Shown here piece after piece: positions 1 through 7,168 of a stretch of DNA of 64,000 nucleotides. Made by a program: the position numbers and the translations under genes. Origin of the DNA: an uncultured Candidatus Saccharibacteria bacterium (GTDB taxonomy: Bacteria; Patescibacteriota; Doudnabacteria; UBA920). A model generated the notes under the pieces. It had not been told where the DNA came from. It worked only from the letters and a program-made list of their open reading frames with translations, and ran no database searches. Numbering within the stretch: position 1 is the stretch's first letter; each line of letters starts with the position of its first letter. The stretch spans positions 276,480 to 340,479 of the forward strand of contig CAYQEU010000001.1 in the NCBI GenBank assembly GCA_964416765.1. The letters are read 5' to 3'.

Positions 1-525
1 AGTTTCGAAACTATCGATTATTTCTCCTAGTAGCCACAAAACATCCTCATCACTAATTCTCCGCTTTAAAACATCTTTAAGAACAGCATGATCAATATTT
101 GCAAAAAACTTTCTAATATCTCCTTTCAAGACCCAAACTGTACGGGTATTATTGCGCGAAACCCGGCGAGCATAGCTTCTAAAACGATCAATGCCGCGCT
201 GCACACCTTTATCGTAACGGCAAGAGAAAGAATCGAAGATAAATTTTGTATCGTAGAGCGGATACAAAATACGGTAAATCGCATGATGAACCAGCCGGTC
301 AGCAACGGTAGCCTTATGAATATCGCGCGGCTTAGGGTCGTTGATTTTGAAGGCAAAGTACGAACCATGCTTATACGTTTTGTCTCGTAACTGATAATGC
401 AGCGAAATGATATTATCCGTTAAATTTACCGAAAACTTAATAACATCTTTGCGCTTCCGCTTGCCTCGCAAGAATTCCCGCCACGCTATTAGCAAATTAT
501 CAATAGAAATAATATTACTATGCAT
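1..525 (-). CDS. DGR-type reverse transcriptase, N-terminal 175 aa only (gene runs off the window start). Start ATG at 525..523.
   Basis: Manual minus-strand translation gives MHSNIISIDNLLIAWREFLRGKRKRKDVIKF...PKPRDIHKATVADRLVHHAIYRILYPLY...FSCRYDKGVQRGIDR...VLKGDIRKFFANIDHAVL. This lines up with the Bordetella phage bRT N-terminus (NLWDAYRK..GKRRTW, EPKPR..KDRLVQHAL, YACRPDKG, SDFSKFFPSIDRA). It is not in the ORF track because it is partial at the edge. Confidence 0.8.
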   Translation of the reverse strand, partial: MHSNIISIDNLLIAWREFLRGKRKRKDVIKFSVNLTDNIISLHYQLRDKTYKHGSYFAFKINDPKPRDIHKATVADRLVHHAIYRILYPLYDTKFIFDSFSCRYDKGVQRGIDRFRSYARRVSRNNTRTVWVLKGDIRKFFANIDHAVLKDVLKRRISDEDVLWLLGEIIDSFET

Positions 526-921
526 ATGACCAAACTGGCTATTTCGTTTGATATTGCGGGAAAGGCTTCGATTCTTAGCAGAGTCAAAGAGGGATATCTG
601 ATTTGGATGAATTTTGTACCGCATATTCCTAAAGGCGCACGTTATACTATTGGCTCAAGAATTGAAAATAAGTTTCTTGATTTGCTTGAATTATCCTATA
701 TTGCTTATTTTAGCGAAAAAGCTGCCAAAACAGAAAAAATATCCGAGTGTATTCTTACACTTGATACCTTAAAGTTTCTTATTGCCACTGCTTGGGAGGG
801 AAAATTAATTTCTAATAAGCAGTTTGAGGACATAGCCCTCAAGCTAGATGAAGTCGGCAAGATGCTCGGCGGCTGGAAGAAGAATCTCGATAATCCGGAA
901 AAGAAAAACCACAGCCTGTAA
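520..921 (+). CDS. avd: Avd-like accessory variability determinant (four-helix bundle; 23S rRNA intervening-sequence protein family).
   Basis: 133-aa ORF. The C-terminal ISNKQFEDIALKLDEVGKMLGGWKKNL resembles the Avd motif AEVGRILGSWI and the IVS-protein consensus. ARYTIGSRIENKFLDLLELSYIA matches the YGLTSQLRRAA-SI helix. It sits between the RT and the TR. Confidence 0.7.
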   Translation: MHMTKLAISFDIAGKASILSRVKEGYLIWMNFVPHIPKGARYTIGSRIENKFLDLLELSYIAYFSEKAAKTEKISECILTLDTLKFLIATAWEGKLISNKQFEDIALKLDEVGKMLGGWKKNLDNPEKKNHSL

Positions 922-932
922 TAAGGCTGTGG
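909..932. terminator. Hairpin ccacagcc-tgtaataa-ggctgtgg spanning the avd stop codon.
   Basis: 8-bp perfect stem. It lies between avd and the TR. Confidence 0.35.
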
Positions 933-942
933 AAAGAAAAGA

Positions 943-1073
943 CTTTCGAAAACGGAACGCGAACTTGTTGTCGAGATTCCACTTGTTGTCCGGGTTCGCC
1001 CATTTATCGTTGAGCCACAGATCGTCTTCGTTGCGTTCCAGGTTGAAGACGTTCGGGTTGCCGTCGGAATCTG
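943..1073 (-). repeat. DGR template repeat (TR). The sense strand is the minus strand.
   Basis: About 131 bp near-identical to 1396..1526. All ~20 mismatches fall at T on the + strand of this copy, which is A on the target-sense strand. The 3' (minus-sense) 18 nt, cgaaaacggaacgcgaac, is A-free and invariant, as expected for an IMH-like end. Confidence 0.8.
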
Positions 1074-1289
1074 TTTATCGTATAGTGCGCCGTCAATGCC
1101 ACTGCCCGCCTAAAGCTGAGGCTGGGCTGTATTTTATTCGTGATCGCAAATCACCCAGCGACCTACACCAAGTATTTTCTTTTTTGATGACTACAAGCAG
1201 ATCCTCCGCAAGAAGCCTTGGCCGCCTGCGCTCTCAACCTGAATGAGCCTAATGGGTTTTGAAAAGCCGTAGCCGTTCAATGCTACCAA

Positions 1290-1302
1290 TCTAACCTAAT
1301 TA
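1290..1302 (-). promoter_or_regulatory. Putative extended -10 promoter (TGgTATAAT, minus strand) oriented toward the TR and RT.
   Basis: The minus-sense sequence reads aaatttggtataatta, between the target-gene hairpin and the TR. No good -35 is present. Confidence 0.3.
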
Positions 1303-1323
1303 TACCAAATTTTTTTCGAGCGA

Positions 1324-1336
1324 CCCCCTTCGGGGG
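1324..1336. terminator. GC hairpin (cccccttcggggg) just downstream of the target gene stop and the VR.
   Basis: 5-bp G/C stem with a 3-nt loop flanked by A/T runs. It could terminate the target gene and/or act as the VR-flanking DNA hairpin known from other DGRs. Confidence 0.4.
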
Positions 1337-1366
1337 AAAATTCAAAGGATCAAAGAGTCAAACGTT

Positions 1367-3496
1367 CTAACAAGGGACTAAGTTTTTGAGTTTTTCTTGC
1401 GAAAACGGAACGCGAACTCGTAGTCGAGATTCCACTGGTAGCCCGGGCGCGCCCATACACCCGTCGAGCCACAGATCGTCTCCGCGGCGCCCCAGGTCGA
1501 AGACGTCCGGGTCGCCGTCGGAATCTGCGATTTGTTTCATTCCTGTGTAAAACCAGTCGCCTTCCGGCTGATCGAGATTCTGTAAACGATAATTTGGTCC
1601 GAATTCTGCTGGTAGTAATTCCAAACCAAGTTCTTCAGCCCGGGCATATAATTGATCAGTCGTTGGGTAGCTGGTAAAACCAAGATCGGCAACTGTAAGC
1701 CGTACATAGTCTAGTTTTTCTTTGTTTTGTGCGGTTACAAAATCTTTACTATGCAGCATGTCCTTAGCATAGGTACTGATTTGTACGCCAGCTGCCTCCA
1801 TTTCTTTTTCAAGCTGATCTCTTGTTTTTCCGCCGATTTCAACCTGGCCCCGACGAATTTCACGCTCAGGGAATGAAACATAGATATGCTCAATATCCGA
1901 TTGCAGCATATCAATACTAAACTCGCCGATATAAACCTTGGTTGATTCAGTAATCTCACTTTTGCCAAGCGCGATTTCTTGTGGTTCGCACTTAATACCG
2001 GCAACGATTCTGATAATTTTTGCGGCATCTGTTTTAGGCATTTCGGGAGTCAATTCCATATCGCCTAGCTTCAAGTAAAAATCACTCTCTTCGGGATTAA
2101 AATCACGGAAATGAACTTCTCCACGTTCTGTAAGCACATGGTAATCCTTAACTTTGATATTACTCAGTTCGCTCTCGGAAATCTTTCTAAAGTCACGAAG
2201 CTGGCCAGTATCAGTTTGCGTGGTACGAAGCTTTTTAAGTGCGTCGATAACGTCGTCATAATAAGGATCATTAGGTTGGAGGTATTCATCATCCTGCTTT
2301 TTCATCTGTTCAATCACTTTGGTTTTGAGGTTATACTCCATAGTAATTACTGGTGTATCACCTTCAAGCCTCCCCGCGCGATTATTGAATTTTGGAGCGG
2401 TGCGAAATGACAAGATTTCGATTTCTCCACGCTTCATTTGGTTAATGTAAGAATCGCTCGTACCGACGCAGTGGCGCATATATTCCGATTCTTCCTCAAG
2501 GTGCGGCATATTAAGCAAGCGAGCGACGTAGTACTTGCCAGAATCAGTCTGTATGAGGTTTTCCCAAGGATTAGACGCTTCGCTATCTCCCATTTCAGCA
2601 CGCGCTTTGCGTATCTCTGCAATTTTTTGCAAGGTCTTTTCTTGGTGCACTTCAAGCAAACGATGGAGGCTTCCTTTATCTGTATTTATAAACTTGGGGG
2701 ACTCGACAATAGCATCAAACAAATCACTTAAGTCGATCGTTTCATTAGAAATAAGATGTCTTGCAAGTTTGAGTTTCAGTATGATTTGCTGGCGCTCGCC
2801 AAATTCAAAGTCTTGCACGCCAGCCAGACGGCCGCTTAAAGTCTGGTAGGCACTATTGATAGCCTGCTCTTTTTGTGGGCGGTTTTCTTTTGAAAATGAA
2901 TTTAGCGTCTGCGAGTATCTCTGATTAAGCTCGCTAATATACTTATCTTCAAATGCTTTTCTGCGCTCTGCTTCTACCTGCTCGACTGACTTTTCTTCAG
3001 TTAGAGCTTTCTCATAAAAATCAACTGAGTACCCTGCCATGTTGTCCGTGCGAAGCCGTTCAAAGCCATACCGCTCCAGCACATGGTTTAATCGGTCATT
3101 CCAGCCGTGAAAATTCAGGCGGAGGTAGCCTTGTTCTCGAGCGTACTCAATAAAACGAGGAATCTCCCGCATGGCATTGCGGCCCGTATTACGCGTAGTG
3201 CCGAAGTACTTAATATACGCTTCGCGAGGAATAAAATCTTCACATGCAATGTAGCCAATGATTTCATCTTGACTACCACTTATGAGTTTGTTGAGCGGAT
3301 GGCCGTTTTCTAAAGTATGAATAACATCCTCTACGGCCATAGTGCGTATGGCCTCATCGACCTCAGTGATGCCGAGTGTGATTGCACGGATAGCATCTTT
3401 TTGTTCTTCAGTAAGTTGGAGGCCGCGCTTTTGTTCGACCTGTTCTTGTTCCTCGGTATACAAGGGAGCGGGAACTTCTCGATTTCTAGGGTTCAT
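1367..3496 (-). CDS. DGR target protein (709 aa). The N-terminal ~650 aa have no recognised domain. The C-terminus is a CLec/FGE-like variable ligand-binding module holding the VR.
   Basis: Long ORF whose C-terminal codons are the VR. The TR-encoded equivalent ADSDGNPNVFNLERNEDDLWLNDKWANPDNKWNLDNKFAFRF has the AAC-codon-rich signature typical of DGR variable regions. The N-terminus has no signal peptide. Confidence 0.75.
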   Translation of the reverse strand: MNPRNREVPAPLYTEEQEQVEQKRGLQLTEEQKDAIRAITLGITEVDEAIRTMAVEDVIHTLENGHPLNKLISGSQDEIIGYIACEDFIPREAYIKYFGTTRNTGRNAMREIPRFIEYAREQGYLRLNFHGWNDRLNHVLERYGFERLRTDNMAGYSVDFYEKALTEEKSVEQVEAERRKAFEDKYISELNQRYSQTLNSFSKENRPQKEQAINSAYQTLSGRLAGVQDFEFGERQQIILKLKLARHLISNETIDLSDLFDAIVESPKFINTDKGSLHRLLEVHQEKTLQKIAEIRKARAEMGDSEASNPWENLIQTDSGKYYVARLLNMPHLEEESEYMRHCVGTSDSYINQMKRGEIEILSFRTAPKFNNRAGRLEGDTPVITMEYNLKTKVIEQMKKQDDEYLQPNDPYYDDVIDALKKLRTTQTDTGQLRDFRKISESELSNIKVKDYHVLTERGEVHFRDFNPEESDFYLKLGDMELTPEMPKTDAAKIIRIVAGIKCEPQEIALGKSEITESTKVYIGEFSIDMLQSDIEHIYVSFPEREIRRGQVEIGGKTRDQLEKEMEAAGVQISTYAKDMLHSKDFVTAQNKEKLDYVRLTVADLGFTSYPTTDQLYARAEELGLELLPAEFGPNYRLQNLDQPEGDWFYTGMKQIADSDGDPDVFDLGRRGDDLWLDGCMGAPGLPVESRLRVRVPFSQEKLKNLVPC
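1396..1526 (-). repeat. DGR variable repeat (VR), at the 3' end of the target gene.
   Basis: The counterpart of the TR with N at the TR adenine positions. It lies inside the last ~45 codons of the 709-aa ORF and is 1 nt longer than the TR between anchors. Confidence 0.8.
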
Positions 3497-3539
3497 ATGC
3501 TTTTAGATAAAACGTCATGACTTAATGCTAAAATCCAAT

Positions 3540-4514
3540 TTATAAAAACTTAGGAAAAACGGCTTGGAATTTTTCGGCTGTAGTAATCATCCAATCAAAA
3601 TACTTATCCCATTCTAATTCATTTTCAAAATTGCCAGGTATAGATACCTTGATCCTGCTAGCTTTCTTTTCCGGCAATTCCATCCACTCCAACTTTTGGC
3701 CAAGTTCCGCTTCGATCTGATCTTTGCTTGCAAATAATTTATGATATAACTCTTTGTTATCTGATATATAAATTTCACAGGCAAATAGATTTTCTCTGGA
3801 GTTTATAGTCAGTGCAATATGGCATTCGCTACTGCCAATGCTGATATTAGTCCAGTGCTGAGGATAGCTTTTTTGAAAACGAAGTCTTGAGTTATTTTTC
3901 TTCCCATAGCTTTTCAAATCATTCCAAAACTGTAATTGCTTGATCTTGGTATCGGTGAGTTCGGCGCTCTCAGCCGAGCTTTTTACCGCTTTAGCCCAGT
4001 CATTCGGTTTAGAGATCACTTCAAACTTAGGAGCAAATGGCGAATCGGCAATTTGCCATAATTCAATCTTCAGTAGATAAAATCCGATTTCTTCATTAGT
4101 GTTCTCGTTTAGCCAGTCGATAGCTTGGCGGTGTTCTTCCCTGACATCTTTTACTACCCAAATAACGATACGAGCATCATAGCCGGAAGCATAGGTAATA
4201 ATTTTACCTAAGTGATCGTGATTGGTAATTTCCAGTTGGTTTTCAATAATTATTTTATTACCAGTATTTTCTTCTTCAGCTAATATATCGACATTAAAAC
4301 TACCGACTTTAGCTTCGGTTTGTATCAGCTTGATATCAAAACCAATTTCATCACTAAGCAGACGAAGGTTTTCTTCTAAAGCCAACCATTGAGTGAAATC
4401 AATTGCTTCATGTTTCCAACCTTCACGCAATTCAATTTTCTTAAGTTTTCCTAATTGATTCATTGGCTCAATTATAGCAAAAAATCGCCTTCTCGGCGAT
4501 TTTTTGTGGGTCAA
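3540..4514 (-). CDS. Restriction-endonuclease-like (PD-(D/E)XK / NucS-like) N-terminal domain fused to a DUF4268-like C-terminal domain.
   Basis: 324-aa ORF in a markedly AT-rich stretch. The N-terminal GWKHEAIDFTQWLA...VDILAEEE...IIIENQ pattern is nuclease-like. Confidence 0.45.
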   Translation of the reverse strand: MTHKKSPRRRFFAIIEPMNQLGKLKKIELREGWKHEAIDFTQWLALEENLRLLSDEIGFDIKLIQTEAKVGSFNVDILAEEENTGNKIIIENQLEITNHDHLGKIITYASGYDARIVIWVVKDVREEHRQAIDWLNENTNEEIGFYLLKIELWQIADSPFAPKFEVISKPNDWAKAVKSSAESAELTDTKIKQLQFWNDLKSYGKKNNSRLRFQKSYPQHWTNISIGSSECHIALTINSRENLFACEIYISDNKELYHKLFASKDQIEAELGQKLEWMELPEKKASRIKVSIPGNFENELEWDKYFDWMITTAEKFQAVFPKFL

Positions 4515-4563
4515 TATAATCAGGTACGAAATGACCCTTCTCGTACTCCGAACCTATCTCAAG

Positions 4564-4638
4564 GTGGCTGGGGTAGTAGGATTCGAACCTACGAATGACG
4601 GGACCAAAACCCGCTGCCTTACCACTTGGCTATACCCC
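4564..4638 (-). tRNA. tRNA-Gln (anticodon UUG).
   Basis: Minus-sense sequence TGGGGTATAGCCAAGTGGTAAGGCAGCGGGTTTTGGTCCCGTCATTCGTAGGTTCGAATCCTACTACCCCAGCCA. It folds as a cloverleaf with anticodon loop TTTTGGT, CCA encoded, and is similar to E. coli tRNA-Gln. Confidence 0.85.
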
Positions 4639-4784
4639 AATATATCAATTTCGTAACCCAAATTTTACCATATTTTAGGCCATTAGTAAAGGGTTTGAGG
4701 CGTGACAAACTGCTAAGTATGTGGTATAGTCTCTTGAATACCCAAGGGGTATTCTATTTCTAGCAGGGGGACCTAAATCTATTT

Positions 4785-5438
4785 ATGAGTAGTGAAAGTA
4801 TACTGACCGGGACGTCCGGTCAGGCAACGGCGAAAGCCACGTTCAAAAACGTAACGGAAATTTCGGACAACCGCTACGTTCAGCCAATCTTGGAACGGAT
4901 GTATAATCCGGCGACCGAGGGGTCCGAATTCGCTTGTCTCGCGGCAAACATGGGCGAAGAGCTGGGTAGACATGCCTGGCACAACGTCCTTCGGGCAGGG
5001 GAAAAGGTCGCTCTTGTTCCCATTCTCAACTCCGGTATGTTTATCTGGAAAGGCGTTCACAGTAAGGTGAAGCCCGTCCAGGTCTGCCCCATAGATATGG
5101 AGCGGAAATACAACGACGACCGGAGCATCAGAGTTGAGGTTTACAAGAGCCGTCTTCGCGGGGCGCCAGCCGACCACGCGTTGATACTCGAACCGATGAT
5201 TGCGACGGGAGCTAGCGCCCTCGACGCACTTAAGCTCGTTTCGGAATGGAGACCAAAACGCATCAGCATCCTCAGCGTGCTGTGCGCTCCTCAAGGTCTT
5301 GCCGCCATCGAGCAGGCGTATCCGAACGTAAAAATCGTGACCGGCAAAATCGCCGGCGGTCTCGATGAGAACAGTTACATAATTAACCCTGGAATCGGGG
5401 ATTTCGGCGACCGGTGCTGCGGCGTGCCGTCGCACTAA
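4785..5438 (+). CDS. upp: Uracil phosphoribosyltransferase.
   Basis: PRPP-binding motif ILEPMIATGASALDAL and the C-terminal YIINPGIGDFGDRCCG signature. Confidence 0.85.
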   Translation: MSSESILTGTSGQATAKATFKNVTEISDNRYVQPILERMYNPATEGSEFACLAANMGEELGRHAWHNVLRAGEKVALVPILNSGMFIWKGVHSKVKPVQVCPIDMERKYNDDRSIRVEVYKSRLRGAPADHALILEPMIATGASALDALKLVSEWRPKRISILSVLCAPQGLAAIEQAYPNVKIVTGKIAGGLDENSYIINPGIGDFGDRCCGVPSH

Positions 5439-5546
5439 CACCAACCAACTCCCTCATAAATAACCAAGGATAGAGCGTCTTTTCTTCGGGAAAGGCGTTC
5501 TTTTTATGCTATAATTTAAAGAGCTAACCCGCCAAAAGGGCTTTTT

Positions 5547-6395
5547 ATGTCTGACTATTACAATCCCAAACGCACTAAATACCTATATGAACCAGGTTCA
5601 AAATATCCTTTCCGCTTGTCTCGGAGCAAATTGGAAAATTTCCTGAATTGCCCCCGCTGTTTTTACATGGACCGCCGACTTGGGGTTGGTCAGCCGCCGG
5701 GATATCCGTTCAACCTCAACTCCGCTGTGGACCATTTATTGAAAAAAGAATTCGACCTGCACAGGGCCAAAAACACCAGGCACCCCATGTGCGAACATTA
5801 TGGAATTGACGCGGTGCCGTTCCAGCATCCGAAGATGGATGAATGGCGTGATTCGCTTCGTGCCGGCATAACTTATTTACACCCGGAAACCAACCTCCTC
5901 ATTACTGGCGGCGTTGATGACCTTTGGGTTAACCCCAAGGGAGAATTAATTATTGTTGATTACAAAGCTACCTCTAAAGATGGGGAAGTGAGCCTGGATG
6001 CCGAATGGCAGGATGGTTACAAACACCAGATGGAAATCTACCAGTGGCTGTTCCGTAAAAACGGGTTTAAAGTGTCTGATACTGGCTACTTCGTTTACTG
6101 CAACGGCAAGCGCGACGCCGAAGCATTCGATGCCAAACTGGAATTTGATATCAAACTTTTGCCTTACAAAGGCGATGACAGCTGGGTCGAGAAAGTCATA
6201 GTGGCGGCTTACAACTGTTTGCAGGGGGAACTCCCCGCGCCAGGACCGAAATGCGACTTCTGTGCTTACCGTTCCGCAGCCGGCAGTGTGGAGAGCAATC
6301 TCCAAACTCCTGCCGCGCCTACCCGCGCGCCTTCTACTGCGCCAAAGAAAATTGCCCGTGCCCCGAAAGCCAAACAAAAAACTGCGCTATTCTAA
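5547..6395 (+). CDS. PD-(D/E)XK nuclease-family protein, Cas4/RecB-like, with two CxxC pairs.
   Basis: CPRCFY, GGVDDLW, IVDYKAT, QMEIYQWL and CDFCAY motifs. There is no CRISPR array in the window. Confidence 0.6.
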   Translation: MSDYYNPKRTKYLYEPGSKYPFRLSRSKLENFLNCPRCFYMDRRLGVGQPPGYPFNLNSAVDHLLKKEFDLHRAKNTRHPMCEHYGIDAVPFQHPKMDEWRDSLRAGITYLHPETNLLITGGVDDLWVNPKGELIIVDYKATSKDGEVSLDAEWQDGYKHQMEIYQWLFRKNGFKVSDTGYFVYCNGKRDAEAFDAKLEFDIKLLPYKGDDSWVEKVIVAAYNCLQGELPAPGPKCDFCAYRSAAGSVESNLQTPAAPTRAPSTAPKKIARAPKAKQKTALF

Positions 6396-6429
6396 ATTGG
6401 TTTAGCGCGCCCTAACGAAAAACCAAACC

Positions 6430-7125
6430 ATGCAAGATTATTTGGCCGAAGTTACAGCCAAGACTTTCCTCACTGCGAATGTGGTGGAGTTGGAATTGCG
6501 CCTGCTTGAACCGGACGCGATGGAGTTTAAAGCCGGCCAGTATATGTTTTTCAAGGTGGGCGGCGAGGAACTGCGCTGTTATTCCATGGTTAACCCCCCG
6601 ATTGAGCGGAATCCTATCTTAAGATTTCTCATAAAGCTGGTGCCACAGGGCCTGGGTTCGGAATACATTAAAAAACTTGATATTGGCGCAACCGTTTCCA
6701 TGATGGGTCCCACCGGGGGTTTTTCCATCCCCGACATGGAGCGCGAGCTGTTTTTTGTCGCCCAGGGCATTGGGGTGGCGCCGTTTTGTTCCATTGTCCC
6801 TAATTTGCTTTCCAACGGTTTTACCAAGCCGCTGCGACTGCTGTTTGGCGTCCGCAATGAGGAGGACGTATTCTATTATCATAAATTCACGGAACTGCTC
6901 CAGCTTCACCCCAACTTTACTTTTATTCCAATTTTGAGCCAGCCGGAATCCCACTGGCCCGGAGAAACCGGACGGGTCACCACTTACTTGAGCGTGGCGT
7001 ACCCAAGTTACCGCAACTCCGTATTTTACATTTGCGGCCGTCCCGACATGGTGGCCGAGTCCAGGCAGATTTTGCTCAAGGCTGGCCACCAGGCCCGTGA
7101 CATCAAAACTGAGATTTTTACCTAG
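6430..7125 (+). CDS. FAD/NAD(P)-binding oxidoreductase (ferredoxin-NADP reductase-like).
   Basis: RCYS flavin-binding motif and a GIGVAPF nucleotide-binding motif. Confidence 0.7.
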   Translation: MQDYLAEVTAKTFLTANVVELELRLLEPDAMEFKAGQYMFFKVGGEELRCYSMVNPPIERNPILRFLIKLVPQGLGSEYIKKLDIGATVSMMGPTGGFSIPDMERELFFVAQGIGVAPFCSIVPNLLSNGFTKPLRLLFGVRNEEDVFYYHKFTELLQLHPNFTFIPILSQPESHWPGETGRVTTYLSVAYPSYRNSVFYICGRPDMVAESRQILLKAGHQARDIKTEIFT

Positions 7126-7168
7126 AAAATTGGTATAATTAAGTTAAGATTAGCTAATTTTTAATAAT

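Larger units (their letters stand above)
1..3496. mobile_element. Diversity-generating retroelement cassette: RT (partial), avd, TR and a target gene carrying the VR.
   Basis: The cassette combines the RT, the Avd-like gene, the TR/VR pair with an adenine-specific substitution pattern, and a target whose C-terminal region encoded by the TR has a CLec-like motif (WANPDNKWNLDNKFAFRF). Confidence 0.75.

Noticed and set aside
88-390. Track ORFs 88..390 (+) and 126..368 (-) at the window start.
   Set aside because: Both are in wrong frames relative to the clearly RT-like minus-strand frame, which itself is absent from the track only because it is truncated at the edge.
848-1246. 132-aa + strand ORF spanning the TR.
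   Set aside because: It overlaps the template repeat, has no RBS and no homology, and is Arg/Ser-rich like translated GC-biased noise. The TR is non-coding in DGRs.
4779-5444. 221-aa minus-strand ORF antisense to upp.
   Set aside because: The + strand frame carries unambiguous uracil phosphoribosyltransferase motifs. The antisense ORF is an artefact of high GC.
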